A DNA stretch of 62,943 bases, filler included, from Candidatus Omnitrophota bacterium (lineage in GTDB: Bacteria; Omnitrophota; Gorgyraeia; Zapsychrales; Zapsychraceae): assembly GCA_015233495.1 (NCBI GenBank). It is 3 parts of 3 records of this genome, joined end to end, with 100 filler letters (N's around TTAATTAATTAA, not from the genome) between each part and the next. Parts side by side here need not be neighbours in the genome. Positions count along the whole stretch, not along the records: positions 1 to 25,390 come from JADFXQ010000023.1; 2 more parts are not named here. One strand, written 5' to 3'. The translations under genes were made by a program, and so were the position numbers. How positions within the stretch are numbered: the stretch's first letter is position 1; every line of letters starts with the position of its first letter. The notes beneath the pieces were generated by a model. That model had not been told where the DNA came from. It saw only the letters and a program-made list of their open reading frames with translations, and made no database searches. This document shows, one piece after another, positions 10,401 to 19,084 of the stretch.

Positions 10401-10532
10401 AACCGCGTTCTGCGTCTCGGGATATTCCCGCACGCCGAGCATAGTCACAGCGCGAATGCCGAGCACCAAAATAAACAGGCTCACCACAATTGCCAAGACC
10501 GGTCGTTTAATAAATAAATCAGTAAAGTTCAT
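7479..10532 (-). CDS. RND efflux permease, MexI/MexW-like
   Basis: MNFTDLFIKRPVLA, GLVVDDAIIVVEN, RLRPILMTT; 1017 aa. Confidence 0.95.
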   Translation of the reverse strand: MNFTDLFIKRPVLAIVVSLFILVLGIRAVTMLGVREYPETQNAVVTVMTVYTGADPELVAGFITTPLENSIAQANGIDYLTSSSASNVSMIKANLRLNYDPNKALTEINTKVNAVLNQLPRDAQQPSITLSIGETTDSMYMGFYSKVLPANKITDYLIRVVQPKLQTVPGVQTAEILGKRQFALRAWLDPQKMAAYGLTAADVTNSLAANNFIAAVGRTKGQMISVDLTAATGLRTVDEFRDLILKQSNGAIVRLGDVANVTLGAEDYDTSVVFDGEGAVFIGIKVAPSANLLTVIAGVRKIFPEIQQQFPQGLEGRIVYDATEYINSSIQEVVKTLVEALLIVTLVIFLFLGSIRSVIIPTLAMPLSLIGTFFVMFLLGYTINLLTLLALVLAIGLVVDDAIIVVENAHRHIEEGATPLNAALQGARELAGPIVAISIVLIAVYIPIGFMGGLTGALFTEFAYTLAGAVAVSAVIALTLSPMMCSRMFKSGKPGKFAGFIDRKFDQLKSGYGKALKVCLNSLPVVAVFAVLIFAGIYYLYTNSKSELAPPEDQGFIISFYSANPTATLQQTKLYSGELFSQVSVFPEMQHVFQIDGFNGLNSGIVGMVLKPWAERKRSSFVLQAQIQKKLSRIAGLNGVAFLPPPLPGGGEGLPLQYVIGTTDSFGRLNDVAQAFLAKAYATGYYMYLDSDLKIDKPQAEIWIDKDKAGQMGLSMRDIGGNLGAMLGGGYVNYFNLAGRSYKVIPQVSQASRLNPEQLKNYYLRTANGSMISLATVAKIKTTVVPESLSHFQQLNSATISGITAPGITLGEAIKKLDQLAKQVLPQGYGVDYAGQTRQYAQESNALLITFFFAMLIIFLALAALFESFRDPLIVLISVPMSICGALIFINLGVKGASLNIYTQVGLVTLIGLISKHGILIVQFANDLMREGKTKRQAVEMAAAIRLRPILMTTAAMVLGVLPLVMASGAGAAGRFNMGLVIVSGISIGTLFTLFVVPAMYMFLAKEHGKVAEDAIS

Positions 10533-10679
10533 AATGGTATTGTAAATGCACTGCTACATCATAGAGCCGTTCGTCTCACACAGCACATCGCAAGCAAGTC
10601 CGCGCGCCCTTCGCGAAACGCGAAACCCTGCCAACGAACGCCCCGCGGTTTGCCCATCGAATACAGACGCCATAACGGT

Positions 10680-11804
10680 TTATTGTTCTTGTGGTTTCGG
10701 ATTTTCCTCATTGAGCGGCTGAACTTTATTATCAATCACCACCGCACTGCCGTTTTTCAATTTATTCTGCCCGCTGGTGACCGCCATCTCGCCTTCCTGA
10801 AGTCCGTCCAAAATCGCGACCTGATCGCCGCGTTTATCTCCGGCGGTAACCAATTTCTGTTTCACAGTCAATGCCGGCTGGCCCTTCGGGTCTTTACTTT
10901 CTTCTATAACGAAAATGGTTTCGCCGTACGGATTATACGTCACCGCAGTCTGCGGCACAGTCAGATATGACTTGGGTTCTCCCGCGTTGATTTCCACCGC
11001 AACATACATCCCCGGCACTAATTCATGTTTCGCGTTGTCAATCAACGCCTCGACCAACACATTGCGCGATTCTGTTTCCACCCGCGGATTTATCGCCGTG
11101 ATTTTGCCGGCAAATACCACGCCGGGATATGTTTCCGTAGTGATCACTGCTTCCTGACCGAGTTTGACCCGGCTCAAATCCTGTTGCGGAAAATAAAAAT
11201 CCACAAATACCGAATCCAAAGACTGCAGGGTCACAATTTTCTCTCCGGGGTTCAAATATTGCCCCTGGTTAACTGTAGAAATGCCGAGGGTCCCGGCAAA
11301 CGGCGCCACAATCGTTTTTTTCGCGATCAATGCCGCTTGCTGATCAACCTGAGCCTTGCGGCTCTTTAATTCCGCGGCATCCGCGTCAACCACCGCCTGA
11401 CTAACCGCCTGGGCTGCCAATTGTTTTTTGTCGCGCTCATATACCGTAGCCGCCAATTCCGCGGCCGCTTCCAAGGCGCGCAATTGCGCGGTTTCCGTAT
11501 CAGTGTTAAACCGCAATAATACCTGACCGGTTTTTACCTCATCGCCTGACTTAAACAGAATTTCCTGGACCAAGCCGGGAATTTCACTCGCAATATCAAC
11601 CCCTGCCACCGCGCGCAAGGTCGCTACCGCCCTGATCGTCGGCTGCCAAGCCGCGGTAGTGACTTTTACAGAGGATACAACCACCGGAGGCATACCGCCG
11701 CTCATCTGTTTCATCATTTCCTTAAGCCCCGACATCATATGCAACCAATATGCTCCGACTATTATCCCGACGAAAATCAACATTATAACCATTCGCTTAA
11801 ACAT
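10680..11804 (-). CDS. RND periplasmic adaptor (membrane fusion protein)
   Basis: N-terminal TM, IVAPFAGTLG, LVPGMYV, VTSGQNKLKNG. Confidence 0.93.
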   Translation of the reverse strand: MFKRMVIMLIFVGIIVGAYWLHMMSGLKEMMKQMSGGMPPVVVSSVKVTTAAWQPTIRAVATLRAVAGVDIASEIPGLVQEILFKSGDEVKTGQVLLRFNTDTETAQLRALEAAAELAATVYERDKKQLAAQAVSQAVVDADAAELKSRKAQVDQQAALIAKKTIVAPFAGTLGISTVNQGQYLNPGEKIVTLQSLDSVFVDFYFPQQDLSRVKLGQEAVITTETYPGVVFAGKITAINPRVETESRNVLVEALIDNAKHELVPGMYVAVEINAGEPKSYLTVPQTAVTYNPYGETIFVIEESKDPKGQPALTVKQKLVTAGDKRGDQVAILDGLQEGEMAVTSGQNKLKNGSAVVIDNKVQPLNEENPKPQEQ

Positions 11805-11814
11805 AGACCCGTCC

Positions 11815-11880
11815 TTTTTCTCCCTATCTCAATTTTCTTCTCCCCGCTCCTATCTCCTATCTCCTATCCCCGCTCTCCCC
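11815..11880. repeat. Degenerate heptamer tandem repeats (TATCTCC)n
   Basis: CTCCTATCTCCTATCTCCTATCCCC overlapping the end of the OMF gene. Confidence 0.55.
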
Positions 11881-13298
11881 ATCCATCCCCCGCCCAGCGC
11901 CTGAAACAAAGCCGCCGTATCCGTGAACCTTTGCGCCTGCGCCTGAATCACGCCGATCCGGGCTTGCTCAAATTGCCGCTGGGCGTCTAACAAAGCCAAA
12001 TGACTTACCGCCCCGGCCTGAAATTGTTTTTGTGCCATATCCAGAGTTTCCTTGGCTGCCGCTATTGTGTCAAATTGCGTTTTAATTGCTGCCGCGTCCG
12101 CTTCCAAAGCCCGTAAAACATCGGCGACATTTTGAAACGCCAGCAAAATGGTCTGCCGATAAACCGCCGCCGCCTCGTCATATACCGCGTCCGCTTGACG
12201 GCGTTTGGCGCGCAGCTCACCGCCGTTAAACAGCGGCTGAAAAATCCCCGCCGTAATATTGCCGACCAGATTATTTTCTTTAAACAAATCCCCGGCCCGG
12301 TTCGCCTGCGGTCCATAACTCCCGGTCAAAGTGACCTGCGGATAAAAAGCCGCCTGGGCCGCGCCGATCTTGGCGCTGGCCGCGGCCAGCAATTCTTCCG
12401 CCGCGCGAATATCCGGCCTCTGCCGTGCCAAAGCCGAGGGCAAAGTCACGGGCAGCTCCGCGGGCAATTTGATATCCTCCATATGGAACACCGGCAAATC
12501 CGCTTCTTCTCCCGGCATTTTGCCGATCAGAACGCTGAGTTGGTGCCGCGTAAACGCCAACTCTTTTTCCAGGGGAGGGAATGCCGACCGCGTTTGCTCC
12601 ATGCGGGTTTTTTGGCTCAAAACATCAAACCGCGAAACCCCGCCCGCGGTGAACTGCTGTTCCAACATTTTCAGCTGTTGTTCCTGCCCGTCCAAAATGG
12701 CATACCAGGCTTCCAACTGGGCGCGCAAGGCGACTTCTTTTCCCACCGCCGCGACAATATTCGAAGTCAAAGTCAAGGCCGCGGCTTCCATCTGAAATTG
12801 CTGATAATTGACCTTGGCCCGCAAGGATTCCAACTCTCGCCGCGCCCCGCCGAAAAAATCAAAAAAATAAGCAACATTTATCGAAGGATGCAGCAAATTA
12901 AAAATTGTGCCTTTACCGCCGGATTGACCAAACGCCGAGTTAGAAATTTTTTGCCGGCTCGCCGAAAAACCCGCATCAACGGCCGGATAAAACGCCGCCC
13001 CCGTATCCGCGTTATATTCTTCCCGCGCCTGACGCAAAGTGGCTTGCGCCGCGTCCAAAGTCGGACTGCCTGCCAGGGCCAAGCGGATCACCTTATCCAA
13101 GGGCGCGCATTGAAACACTTTCCACCACTCGGCGGGAATATCCCGGCCATAAACAAACCGCGGCGCCAAAGGCCCGGCGGTTTTTACTGAATCCGACGTC
13201 CACGGCGAGGTATACTGCTGAGTCGCAGGCGTAATCGGGGCCTGAAAATTCGGTCCTACCGTACAACCAGCCAGAAATAAAATAAATATAAATAACAT
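11850..13298 (-). CDS. Efflux outer-membrane factor lipoprotein, NodT/TolC family
   Basis: Lipobox LAGC, EWWKVF, RQRPDIRAAE, LFQALGGGW. Confidence 0.93.
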   Translation of the reverse strand: MLFIFILFLAGCTVGPNFQAPITPATQQYTSPWTSDSVKTAGPLAPRFVYGRDIPAEWWKVFQCAPLDKVIRLALAGSPTLDAAQATLRQAREEYNADTGAAFYPAVDAGFSASRQKISNSAFGQSGGKGTIFNLLHPSINVAYFFDFFGGARRELESLRAKVNYQQFQMEAAALTLTSNIVAAVGKEVALRAQLEAWYAILDGQEQQLKMLEQQFTAGGVSRFDVLSQKTRMEQTRSAFPPLEKELAFTRHQLSVLIGKMPGEEADLPVFHMEDIKLPAELPVTLPSALARQRPDIRAAEELLAAASAKIGAAQAAFYPQVTLTGSYGPQANRAGDLFKENNLVGNITAGIFQPLFNGGELRAKRRQADAVYDEAAAVYRQTILLAFQNVADVLRALEADAAAIKTQFDTIAAAKETLDMAQKQFQAGAVSHLALLDAQRQFEQARIGVIQAQAQRFTDTAALFQALGGGWMGRAGIGDRR

Positions 13299-13325
13299 AT
13301 TAATGTCTTTACTGTCTAAGTTAAG

Positions 13326-13373
13326 CGTAAGGGCCGCCCGTTACTTCGGGCGGACATAAAGTCCGCCCCTACG
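13326..13373 (-). repeat. GTAG-type REP-like palindrome with a degenerate partner
   Basis: Minus strand CGTAG-GGGCGGAC-TTTAT-GTCCGCCC, then GGGCGGCCCTTACG. Confidence 0.6.
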
Positions 13374-13465
13374 TATGTCGCAAACACTCTTAACTGACGA
13401 AAGCTGCTGTCCGAATTAGACACATATACTTTAATATCATAACAAATCATTTAAGTTCCGCCTAT

Positions 13466-13505
13466 AAAAACAGGCGCGAATTTCAGGTTAAGAAATCCGC
13501 GCCTG
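13466..13505 (-). terminator. Intrinsic terminator after the B12 radical SAM gene, possibly bidirectional
   Basis: CAGGCGCG...CGCGCCTG stem with T-runs on both sides. Confidence 0.75.
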
Positions 13506-13532
13506 CGTCTTTTTTTGCCTGTCACTATTTAT

Positions 13533-15002
13533 TTAAATATGCTTCTCCCCTTTGACCGCGCCGGCTTCCCATTTGCCCAAGCCGTCCATGACGTCTTTAA
13601 AGCAAAGCTTGGCCAACTCGTCAAAATTGCTTTCCAAAATCCGCTGAATCCGTCCCGGCTTGGAATAAAACTCGCGCATACCCCAGGCGCCTAAGCGGCC
13701 GAGATCTTCAATACTCAAATGCTCCGTCGGAACCACCGGGTGCAGAAAATCCCATTTGAGCATATCAATCTTTTTCGGATCAATCCAGCCGCGCTTGATC
13801 CCGTCCGTCCAGATCGGCGAACCCGGCGGCGGCGTGAGATAACCGACCCACATCACGTCCGGATCAACCTTGTCCGCGAATTCGAACCGGTTCTTGATTA
13901 TCGCTTCCGTGTCATAATCAAACCCGATCATGATGTCCCCGACTATCGCGATATCATTCTTGCGCAAAATGTCGATGGTCTTATAAATCTGATCCACCGT
14001 GATGCCTTTATCCAATTTCCGCAATTCCTGATCGCTGGCGACTTCAATACCGAACACGGCCATGAACAAACCGGCTTGCTTCATTAAAGGAATATCTTTT
14101 TCCAAACGGATCCAATCACTGGCACAGCCTAAGCTGACCCACTTCATTTTCAAACCGCGCTTGATTTTCTCTTCGCAAAACTCGCGCACGCGTTTGCCAT
14201 TAAGGTTAAAGTTATCCTCTTGAATAACAGCCACTTTGGTGCCGAATTTCTTTTCCAAAAGCTCCATTTCATCCACGACTTTAGCCGCGGACTTGCAGCG
14301 CCATACTTGAAAATTCTTTAAAGCGCGCGGATCATGCTCGCTCCATTCATAACAAAACGTGCAACCGTGCGAACAGCCGCGGGAAGTGACGATTTCCACG
14401 AACGGTTTCCAATACGTATGCCCGACATATTTATCCATCGGGAACAAGTCATACGCCGGGATCGGCAGAATATCCAGATTCTTGATCATCTCGCGCACCG
14501 GGCCTAAAACCACTTTCCCGTCTTTGCGCGACGATAACCCCGCGATCTTGCTGAAATCCGTCTGCTTCTTATTCATCGCGTCCATGAGCTCGTTAAAGGT
14601 AATCTCGCCTTCGCCCATGACGACAAAATCCACATACGAATGCTCTTCCAAAGTTTCTTTGCCAAAATACGAATACCAAAGCCCGCCGACCACAATCTTG
14701 ACCGACGGCAGAATTTTTTTGATCGCCGCGGCCGAATCATTAAAATATTTCTGCACCGCAAACCCGCCGTAAGAATGCAGCACATCGCCCAATACCACCA
14801 CCTCCGGCGCCTTTTGCTTCACGATCTCCAACATTTTATCAAACGGAATTTCCAAGGCCTTGCAGTCTAAGACTTCCGGCGTGATCGTTTTCTGCTCCCG
14901 GGCATAGGAAGCCCAGCTGGCATGCATCTGATTCGGCGCCACATGGTGACCATGCGTGGCCCAAGACCCCAATTTAGGCGTCACAAATAAAACTTTCATC
15001 AT
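13533..15002 (-). CDS. Cobalamin-binding radical SAM protein, BchE-like
   Basis: B12-binding N-domain (IVVGG, DFVVMGEGEITF), TSRGCSHGCTFC, FGIE, LTPPPGS. Confidence 0.9.
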   Translation of the reverse strand: MMKVLFVTPKLGSWATHGHHVAPNQMHASWASYAREQKTITPEVLDCKALEIPFDKMLEIVKQKAPEVVVLGDVLHSYGGFAVQKYFNDSAAAIKKILPSVKIVVGGLWYSYFGKETLEEHSYVDFVVMGEGEITFNELMDAMNKKQTDFSKIAGLSSRKDGKVVLGPVREMIKNLDILPIPAYDLFPMDKYVGHTYWKPFVEIVTSRGCSHGCTFCYEWSEHDPRALKNFQVWRCKSAAKVVDEMELLEKKFGTKVAVIQEDNFNLNGKRVREFCEEKIKRGLKMKWVSLGCASDWIRLEKDIPLMKQAGLFMAVFGIEVASDQELRKLDKGITVDQIYKTIDILRKNDIAIVGDIMIGFDYDTEAIIKNRFEFADKVDPDVMWVGYLTPPPGSPIWTDGIKRGWIDPKKIDMLKWDFLHPVVPTEHLSIEDLGRLGAWGMREFYSKPGRIQRILESNFDELAKLCFKDVMDGLGKWEAGAVKGEKHI

Positions 15003-15123
15003 ATTTCCTTTCGTAAAAAATGTTCGCGATTTTCGGGGATTATATAGAAAAATACCAAATTCCGCAAGGAGAATATCGAGGATGGCGAGTTGAACAACAG
15101 GTGGCCCTAAACTAATTCAATCT

Positions 15124-15474
15124 TCAGGGATTCATGGTGAGATCGTCCAAAATCTTTTGAAAATGCGGTTTAATTTTGGGAAGGTCATGTTTGATCGTTT
15201 TCCAAACGACGCGGGATTGAATGCCAAAATATTCATGAATGAGCTTATTTCTCATCCCCGCCATTTCTTTCCAGGGAATTTCAGGAAATCGGTTGCGAAC
15301 ACCGGCAGGAATTTTACCAACGGCTTCTCCCATGATTTCAAAAGCCCTTACGACGGCATAACTGGTCTTTGGATCTTTTTCAAAAGCCTCAAAGGTCATC
15401 CCTTTCACAAAAGTTTGAGCTTTATCAATAGAATCCAGGACATCAACAATGTAATCTTGATAAGCCCTGATCAT
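15124..15474 (-). CDS. HepT-like HEPN RNase toxin (DUF86)
   Basis: EIMGEA, IPWKEMAGMRNKLIHEYFGI (RX4HXY motif). Confidence 0.92.
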   Translation of the reverse strand: MIRAYQDYIVDVLDSIDKAQTFVKGMTFEAFEKDPKTSYAVVRAFEIMGEAVGKIPAGVRNRFPEIPWKEMAGMRNKLIHEYFGIQSRVVWKTIKHDLPKIKPHFQKILDDLTMNP

Positions 15475-15764
15475 ACGTATTCAACCTCACGCATGACATT
15501 TTTCGCGATGGTGGACTTTAAAGCCCCTTTCATAACCAAATCCACTTTTTTCTTCAGGACATCGCTTAAATGATTTTCGATTTTCATATAGTCAAAAAGC
15601 CCGGGAGTGGCTGAAAACGAGACCAAAATATCAATATCACTCTTCCGTTTCTGCTCCCCCCGAACATAGGAACCGAAAATGCCGAGACGTTTAATATTGA
15701 ACTCTTGACAAAGTTTACACTTATGTTCTTTCAGTGTCTGTTTTATTTTTTCAAGTTCACTCAT
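15471..15764 (-). CDS. MntA-like minimal nucleotidyltransferase antitoxin
   Basis: IFGSYVRGEQKRKSDIDILV, KKVDLV; ATGA overlap with the HEPN gene; start taken at MSELEK. Confidence 0.92.
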   Translation of the reverse strand: MSELEKIKQTLKEHKCKLCQEFNIKRLGIFGSYVRGEQKRKSDIDILVSFSATPGLFDYMKIENHLSDVLKKKVDLVMKGALKSTIAKNVMREVEYV

Positions 15765-15838
15765 GCTTAAAGTATAACGCAAAAACAAAAGAAAGACTAT
15801 CAAGATTTTCTTGTTGGGTGCGTCCTATGCAACCCCGG

Positions 15839-15867
15839 TTTTAAGGCGCCAAATTGGCGCCTTAAAA
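15839..15867. repeat. Perfect palindrome with 14-bp arms
   Basis: TTTTAAGGCGCCAA-A-TTGGCGCCTTAAAA. Confidence 0.85.
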
Positions 15868-15883
15868 AATCAGATTTCATATA

Positions 15884-15971
15884 AATAATTAGTGACAGGC
15901 GCCTCCACACCACCTCCGCACTTCCCGTAAGTACCATTTTTGACAAAAAATGATGCCTGTCACTAATTATT
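15884..15971. repeat. 17-bp inverted repeat pair, REP/MITE-like
   Basis: AATAATTAGTGACAGGC (15884-15900) and GCCTGTCACTAATTATT (15955-15971); a related half-site GCCTGTCACTATTT lies at 13517-13530. Confidence 0.7.
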
Positions 15972-15988
15972 ATGATATTCTTGTGCCG

Positions 15989-17548
15989 ATGATTCGGAAT
16001 TTATCCAAAAAACTGTTTAAACTCAAAGATCTTGGTCTCATTCTGGCGGAATCTGAAAACTCGGGCCAGAAACTGAAAAAAGTTTTGGGGCCGTTTGATC
16101 TGATTCTTTTGGGAATCGGCGTGATTATCGGCGCGGGGATTTTCGCGACGGTGGGGACTGCAGCGGCCGGCGATGCCTTGCGGCCGGGCGCCGGTCCGGC
16201 GCTCATTTTATCCTTCGCGATCACGGCGGTGGCGTGTTGTTTCGCGGCCTTGTGTTACGCGGAATTTGCCTCCCTGGTGCCGATTTCCGGCAGCGCTTAC
16301 ACTTATTCTTACGCGACTTTCGGCGAATTGGTGGCCTGGATCATCGGTTGGGACTTGATCCTGGAATATTGCGTCGGCAGTATAGCGGTGTCCATCAGCT
16401 GGGCGAGTTATTTCACCGGGCTATTGCACAGTTTTGGAGTCAACCTGCCCGATTGGTTGACCATTGATTACCGTTCCGCCTTCCATGGTTATGAAAAAGC
16501 AAATCAGCTGATTCAGTTGGGAATGGGCCATGGCATGACATTAGACCCGGGCTTAAAAAAGGCTTTCTGGGCAGTGCATGATGCCCCGCGATTATTCGGA
16601 ATCCCATTCATTTGCAATTTACCGGCCAGCCTGATCGTGTTGTTCCTGACTGTTCTGTTGGTCCGCGGTATTAAGGAAAGCTCGCGGTTCAATATGGCCA
16701 TTGTGACCATCAAACTGCTGGTGCTCGGATTTTTTATCGCGATCGGCGCGTTTTATGTCAAACCGGAAAACTGGATTCCCTTCGCGCCCAACGGATTCGC
16801 CGGAATCAAGGCCGGCGCGGCGATCGTGTTTTTCGCCTATATCGGGTTCGACTGCATCTCCACCGCCGCGGAAGAAACCCGTAATCCCAAACGCGATATG
16901 CCCATCGGCATCATTGGCTCTCTCTTGATCTGCACAGTGATTTATATTCTGGTGACTGCGGTTTTTACCGGCATCATCCCTTTTTCCACTTTGACGCAGT
17001 CCATGTCCACGGAAAAAGCCGCGCCTCTTACTTTGGCGCTTCGGCATATCCACTTAGGCTGGGCATCGATCATCGTCGCGTTTGGGTCAATCGCCGCGCA
17101 GATCGCGGTGCTCCTTGTCCTGCAAATGGGCCAGTCGCGGATCTTTTTTTCTATGGGCCGCGACGGGCTTTTGCCATCCATCTTCAGCCGCGTGCATAAA
17201 ACCTTCAAGACCCCGCACGTCGCGACCATTTTTACCGGTTCCATCATCGCGCTCGTCGCCGCGTTCACCAACATCGACGAAATGATTGACCTGACCAATA
17301 TCGGCACGCTCTTCGCGTTTGTATTGGTCTGCTGCGGCGTCATCATCCTGCGCGTCAAAGAACCGCATCATCACCGGGCGTTTCAAGTCCCGTTCAGCCC
17401 CGTCACTCCGCTCTTGGGCGCGGCCTCCTGCATTTTTCTCATGACCGGCCTGCCCGGCATCACTTGGCTGCGTTTTGTCGTCTGGCTCATCATCGGCCTG
17501 TTTGTTTATTTCCTCTACAGCATCAAACACAGCAAGATCAACCGCTAA
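15989..17548 (+). CDS. APC-family amino acid permease
   Basis: LGIGVIIGAGIF, CYAEFASLVPISGSAYTY, FAYIGFD, AEETRNP, RDGLLP; start taken at MIRNLS. Confidence 0.93.
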   Translation: MIRNLSKKLFKLKDLGLILAESENSGQKLKKVLGPFDLILLGIGVIIGAGIFATVGTAAAGDALRPGAGPALILSFAITAVACCFAALCYAEFASLVPISGSAYTYSYATFGELVAWIIGWDLILEYCVGSIAVSISWASYFTGLLHSFGVNLPDWLTIDYRSAFHGYEKANQLIQLGMGHGMTLDPGLKKAFWAVHDAPRLFGIPFICNLPASLIVLFLTVLLVRGIKESSRFNMAIVTIKLLVLGFFIAIGAFYVKPENWIPFAPNGFAGIKAGAAIVFFAYIGFDCISTAAEETRNPKRDMPIGIIGSLLICTVIYILVTAVFTGIIPFSTLTQSMSTEKAAPLTLALRHIHLGWASIIVAFGSIAAQIAVLLVLQMGQSRIFFSMGRDGLLPSIFSRVHKTFKTPHVATIFTGSIIALVAAFTNIDEMIDLTNIGTLFAFVLVCCGVIILRVKEPHHHRAFQVPFSPVTPLLGAASCIFLMTGLPGITWLRFVVWLIIGLFVYFLYSIKHSKINR

Positions 17549-18188
17549 ACTGCGCGGCAGTTCCCGCCAAGATCGAATTGGCATTTTCCCGAGCGGCTTT
17601 GCGCGCAATTTCGATCTGTTTTTCCTGCGTCTCCTGCCCCATATCCATTGGCTGGGCGTTAATAAACGTGATGTCCTTGATTCCGACAAAACCAAAGGCG
17701 GCCCGCAAATACGGCTCTGCAAAATCAAACGGCCGCATCGCGCCGGAATAGTCGCCGCCGCGGCTGGTGATCACAGTCATTTTTTTATTCTTCACCAGGC
17801 CTTCGGGTCCCGCAGCGGTATAACGAAACAAATACTTTGGCTGCAGAATAACGTCGATGTAATGTTTCAATGTATAAGGAATGCTGAAATTCCACATCGG
17901 CGCGCTGATCAAATATACATCCGCGGATAAAAACTGCTCGATATAACGAATCACTTCGTCCCAGGATTTTTTCATTTCCCCTTGCAGCTCCCTGCCGCTT
18001 AAAAGCGCGTATTTACCGTTAACACGCTGCACGGTCAAAGACGGCAGCTGCGCCCCCGTCAGGTTTAGCTCGTCGATGATCCAACCCGGCGGCTGCGCCT
18101 GAAACGCTTTTAAAAATTCGGCTGACACTTTTAATGTCCGCGATTCATCCGCCCGCGGCGTGGCGATAATGTGCAGTAATTTTTTCAT
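17538..18188 (-). CDS. azoR: FMN-dependent NADH-azoreductase
   Basis: IIATPRADESRT, APMWNFSIPYTLKHYID, TSRGGDY. Confidence 0.9.
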   Translation of the reverse strand: MKKLLHIIATPRADESRTLKVSAEFLKAFQAQPPGWIIDELNLTGAQLPSLTVQRVNGKYALLSGRELQGEMKKSWDEVIRYIEQFLSADVYLISAPMWNFSIPYTLKHYIDVILQPKYLFRYTAAGPEGLVKNKKMTVITSRGGDYSGAMRPFDFAEPYLRAAFGFVGIKDITFINAQPMDMGQETQEKQIEIARKAARENANSILAGTAAQFSG

Positions 18189-18213
18189 GACTCCTCCTCT
18201 TTAAACTCGCTCC

Positions 18214-18259
18214 AAAAAGAATGCCTTGCCCCGGATAATATTATATCCCAGGCAAGGCT
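18214..18259 (-). terminator. Probable terminator after the GT2 gene
   Basis: GCCTTGCC...GGCAAGGC stem followed by ATTCTTTTT on the minus strand. Confidence 0.55.
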
Positions 18260-18297
18260 AAAAAGTTCAAAAATCGCTTAACCGAAATTTAACCGCT

Positions 18298-19068
18298 TTA
18301 TCGCGCCGGCGTTCGCAGATTTTTTTCCCAGATCATCATCCAGTACATCTGCGGGATGATCACGTTCATCAGCGCCCAAACAAAACCGCGTGGTCCGTCG
18401 CGATATCCCTTTTTTTTAACATAAAATTTCCAAAAACGTTTCAACGACCTGCCCAAGAGCTGGCCGCGGATTTCCCGCCAGGAAACCTGGGGATGCGCCG
18501 CCGCGTATTGTCCGGCAGTCACGCCCGAATAATATAAATTTTTAGCGAGAAATTCGCTGATATTTTCCGCCGGAAAATGTAAGACCGGAAAATCCAGCCG
18601 GCCCGTCTTCCCATCCACGGCCGGCGTTTCATGGACCGAACAACCCACGTATTCCATTTTGCCCTTCTGATACAACTTCAATTGGTATCCGGAAACCCCG
18701 CCCCAAAGCAAAGGCTCGCCGAGAAAATGATTCAGCCGCTGCAACTCAAAAGCGGCTTGGCCTCGCGGGTCGGCGATCATCCGGCGGATCGCTTCCACGG
18801 TGGGCGGGGGCACGATTTCATCGGCGTCCATCTGCAGGATCCACTCGGATTTCGCCTGCGCCGCGCCGGCATTGCGCTGACTGTCAAAATTTCCGTTGGA
18901 CGGCTGGCTCAGCACCAACGCGCCGGCTTGCCGGGCGATCTGCGGCGTGCCGTCCGCGCTTTGGTCATCGACTACGACGATCTCGTCGGCCCAAGCATGC
19001 TTTTCCAAGAAATTTTTTATCCGCCCCGCTTCATTTTTGACAATCACCACGATGCTGACCGAGGCCAT
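18298..19068 (-). CDS. Glycosyltransferase family 2, WaaE/KdtX-like
   Basis: VIVKNEA, VVDDQSADGT, QRNAG, WILQMDADE, VHE; start taken at MASVS. Confidence 0.9.
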   Translation of the reverse strand: MASVSIVVIVKNEAGRIKNFLEKHAWADEIVVVDDQSADGTPQIARQAGALVLSQPSNGNFDSQRNAGAAQAKSEWILQMDADEIVPPPTVEAIRRMIADPRGQAAFELQRLNHFLGEPLLWGGVSGYQLKLYQKGKMEYVGCSVHETPAVDGKTGRLDFPVLHFPAENISEFLAKNLYYSGVTAGQYAAAHPQVSWREIRGQLLGRSLKRFWKFYVKKKGYRDGPRGFVWALMNVIIPQMYWMMIWEKNLRTPAR

Positions 19069-19084
19069 ACCGCCCCCTTCGCGC

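Noticed and set aside
10533..10679. Possible c-di-GMP-I riboswitch (GGCAAACC) between efflux genes
   Set aside because: Small hairpins are present but I could not find the rest of the consensus; it would need an Rfam scan.
12132..13190. Long antisense ORF (352 aa) and similar shadow ORFs
   Set aside because: They lie opposite well-supported genes in GC-rich sequence and have no recognisable motifs.
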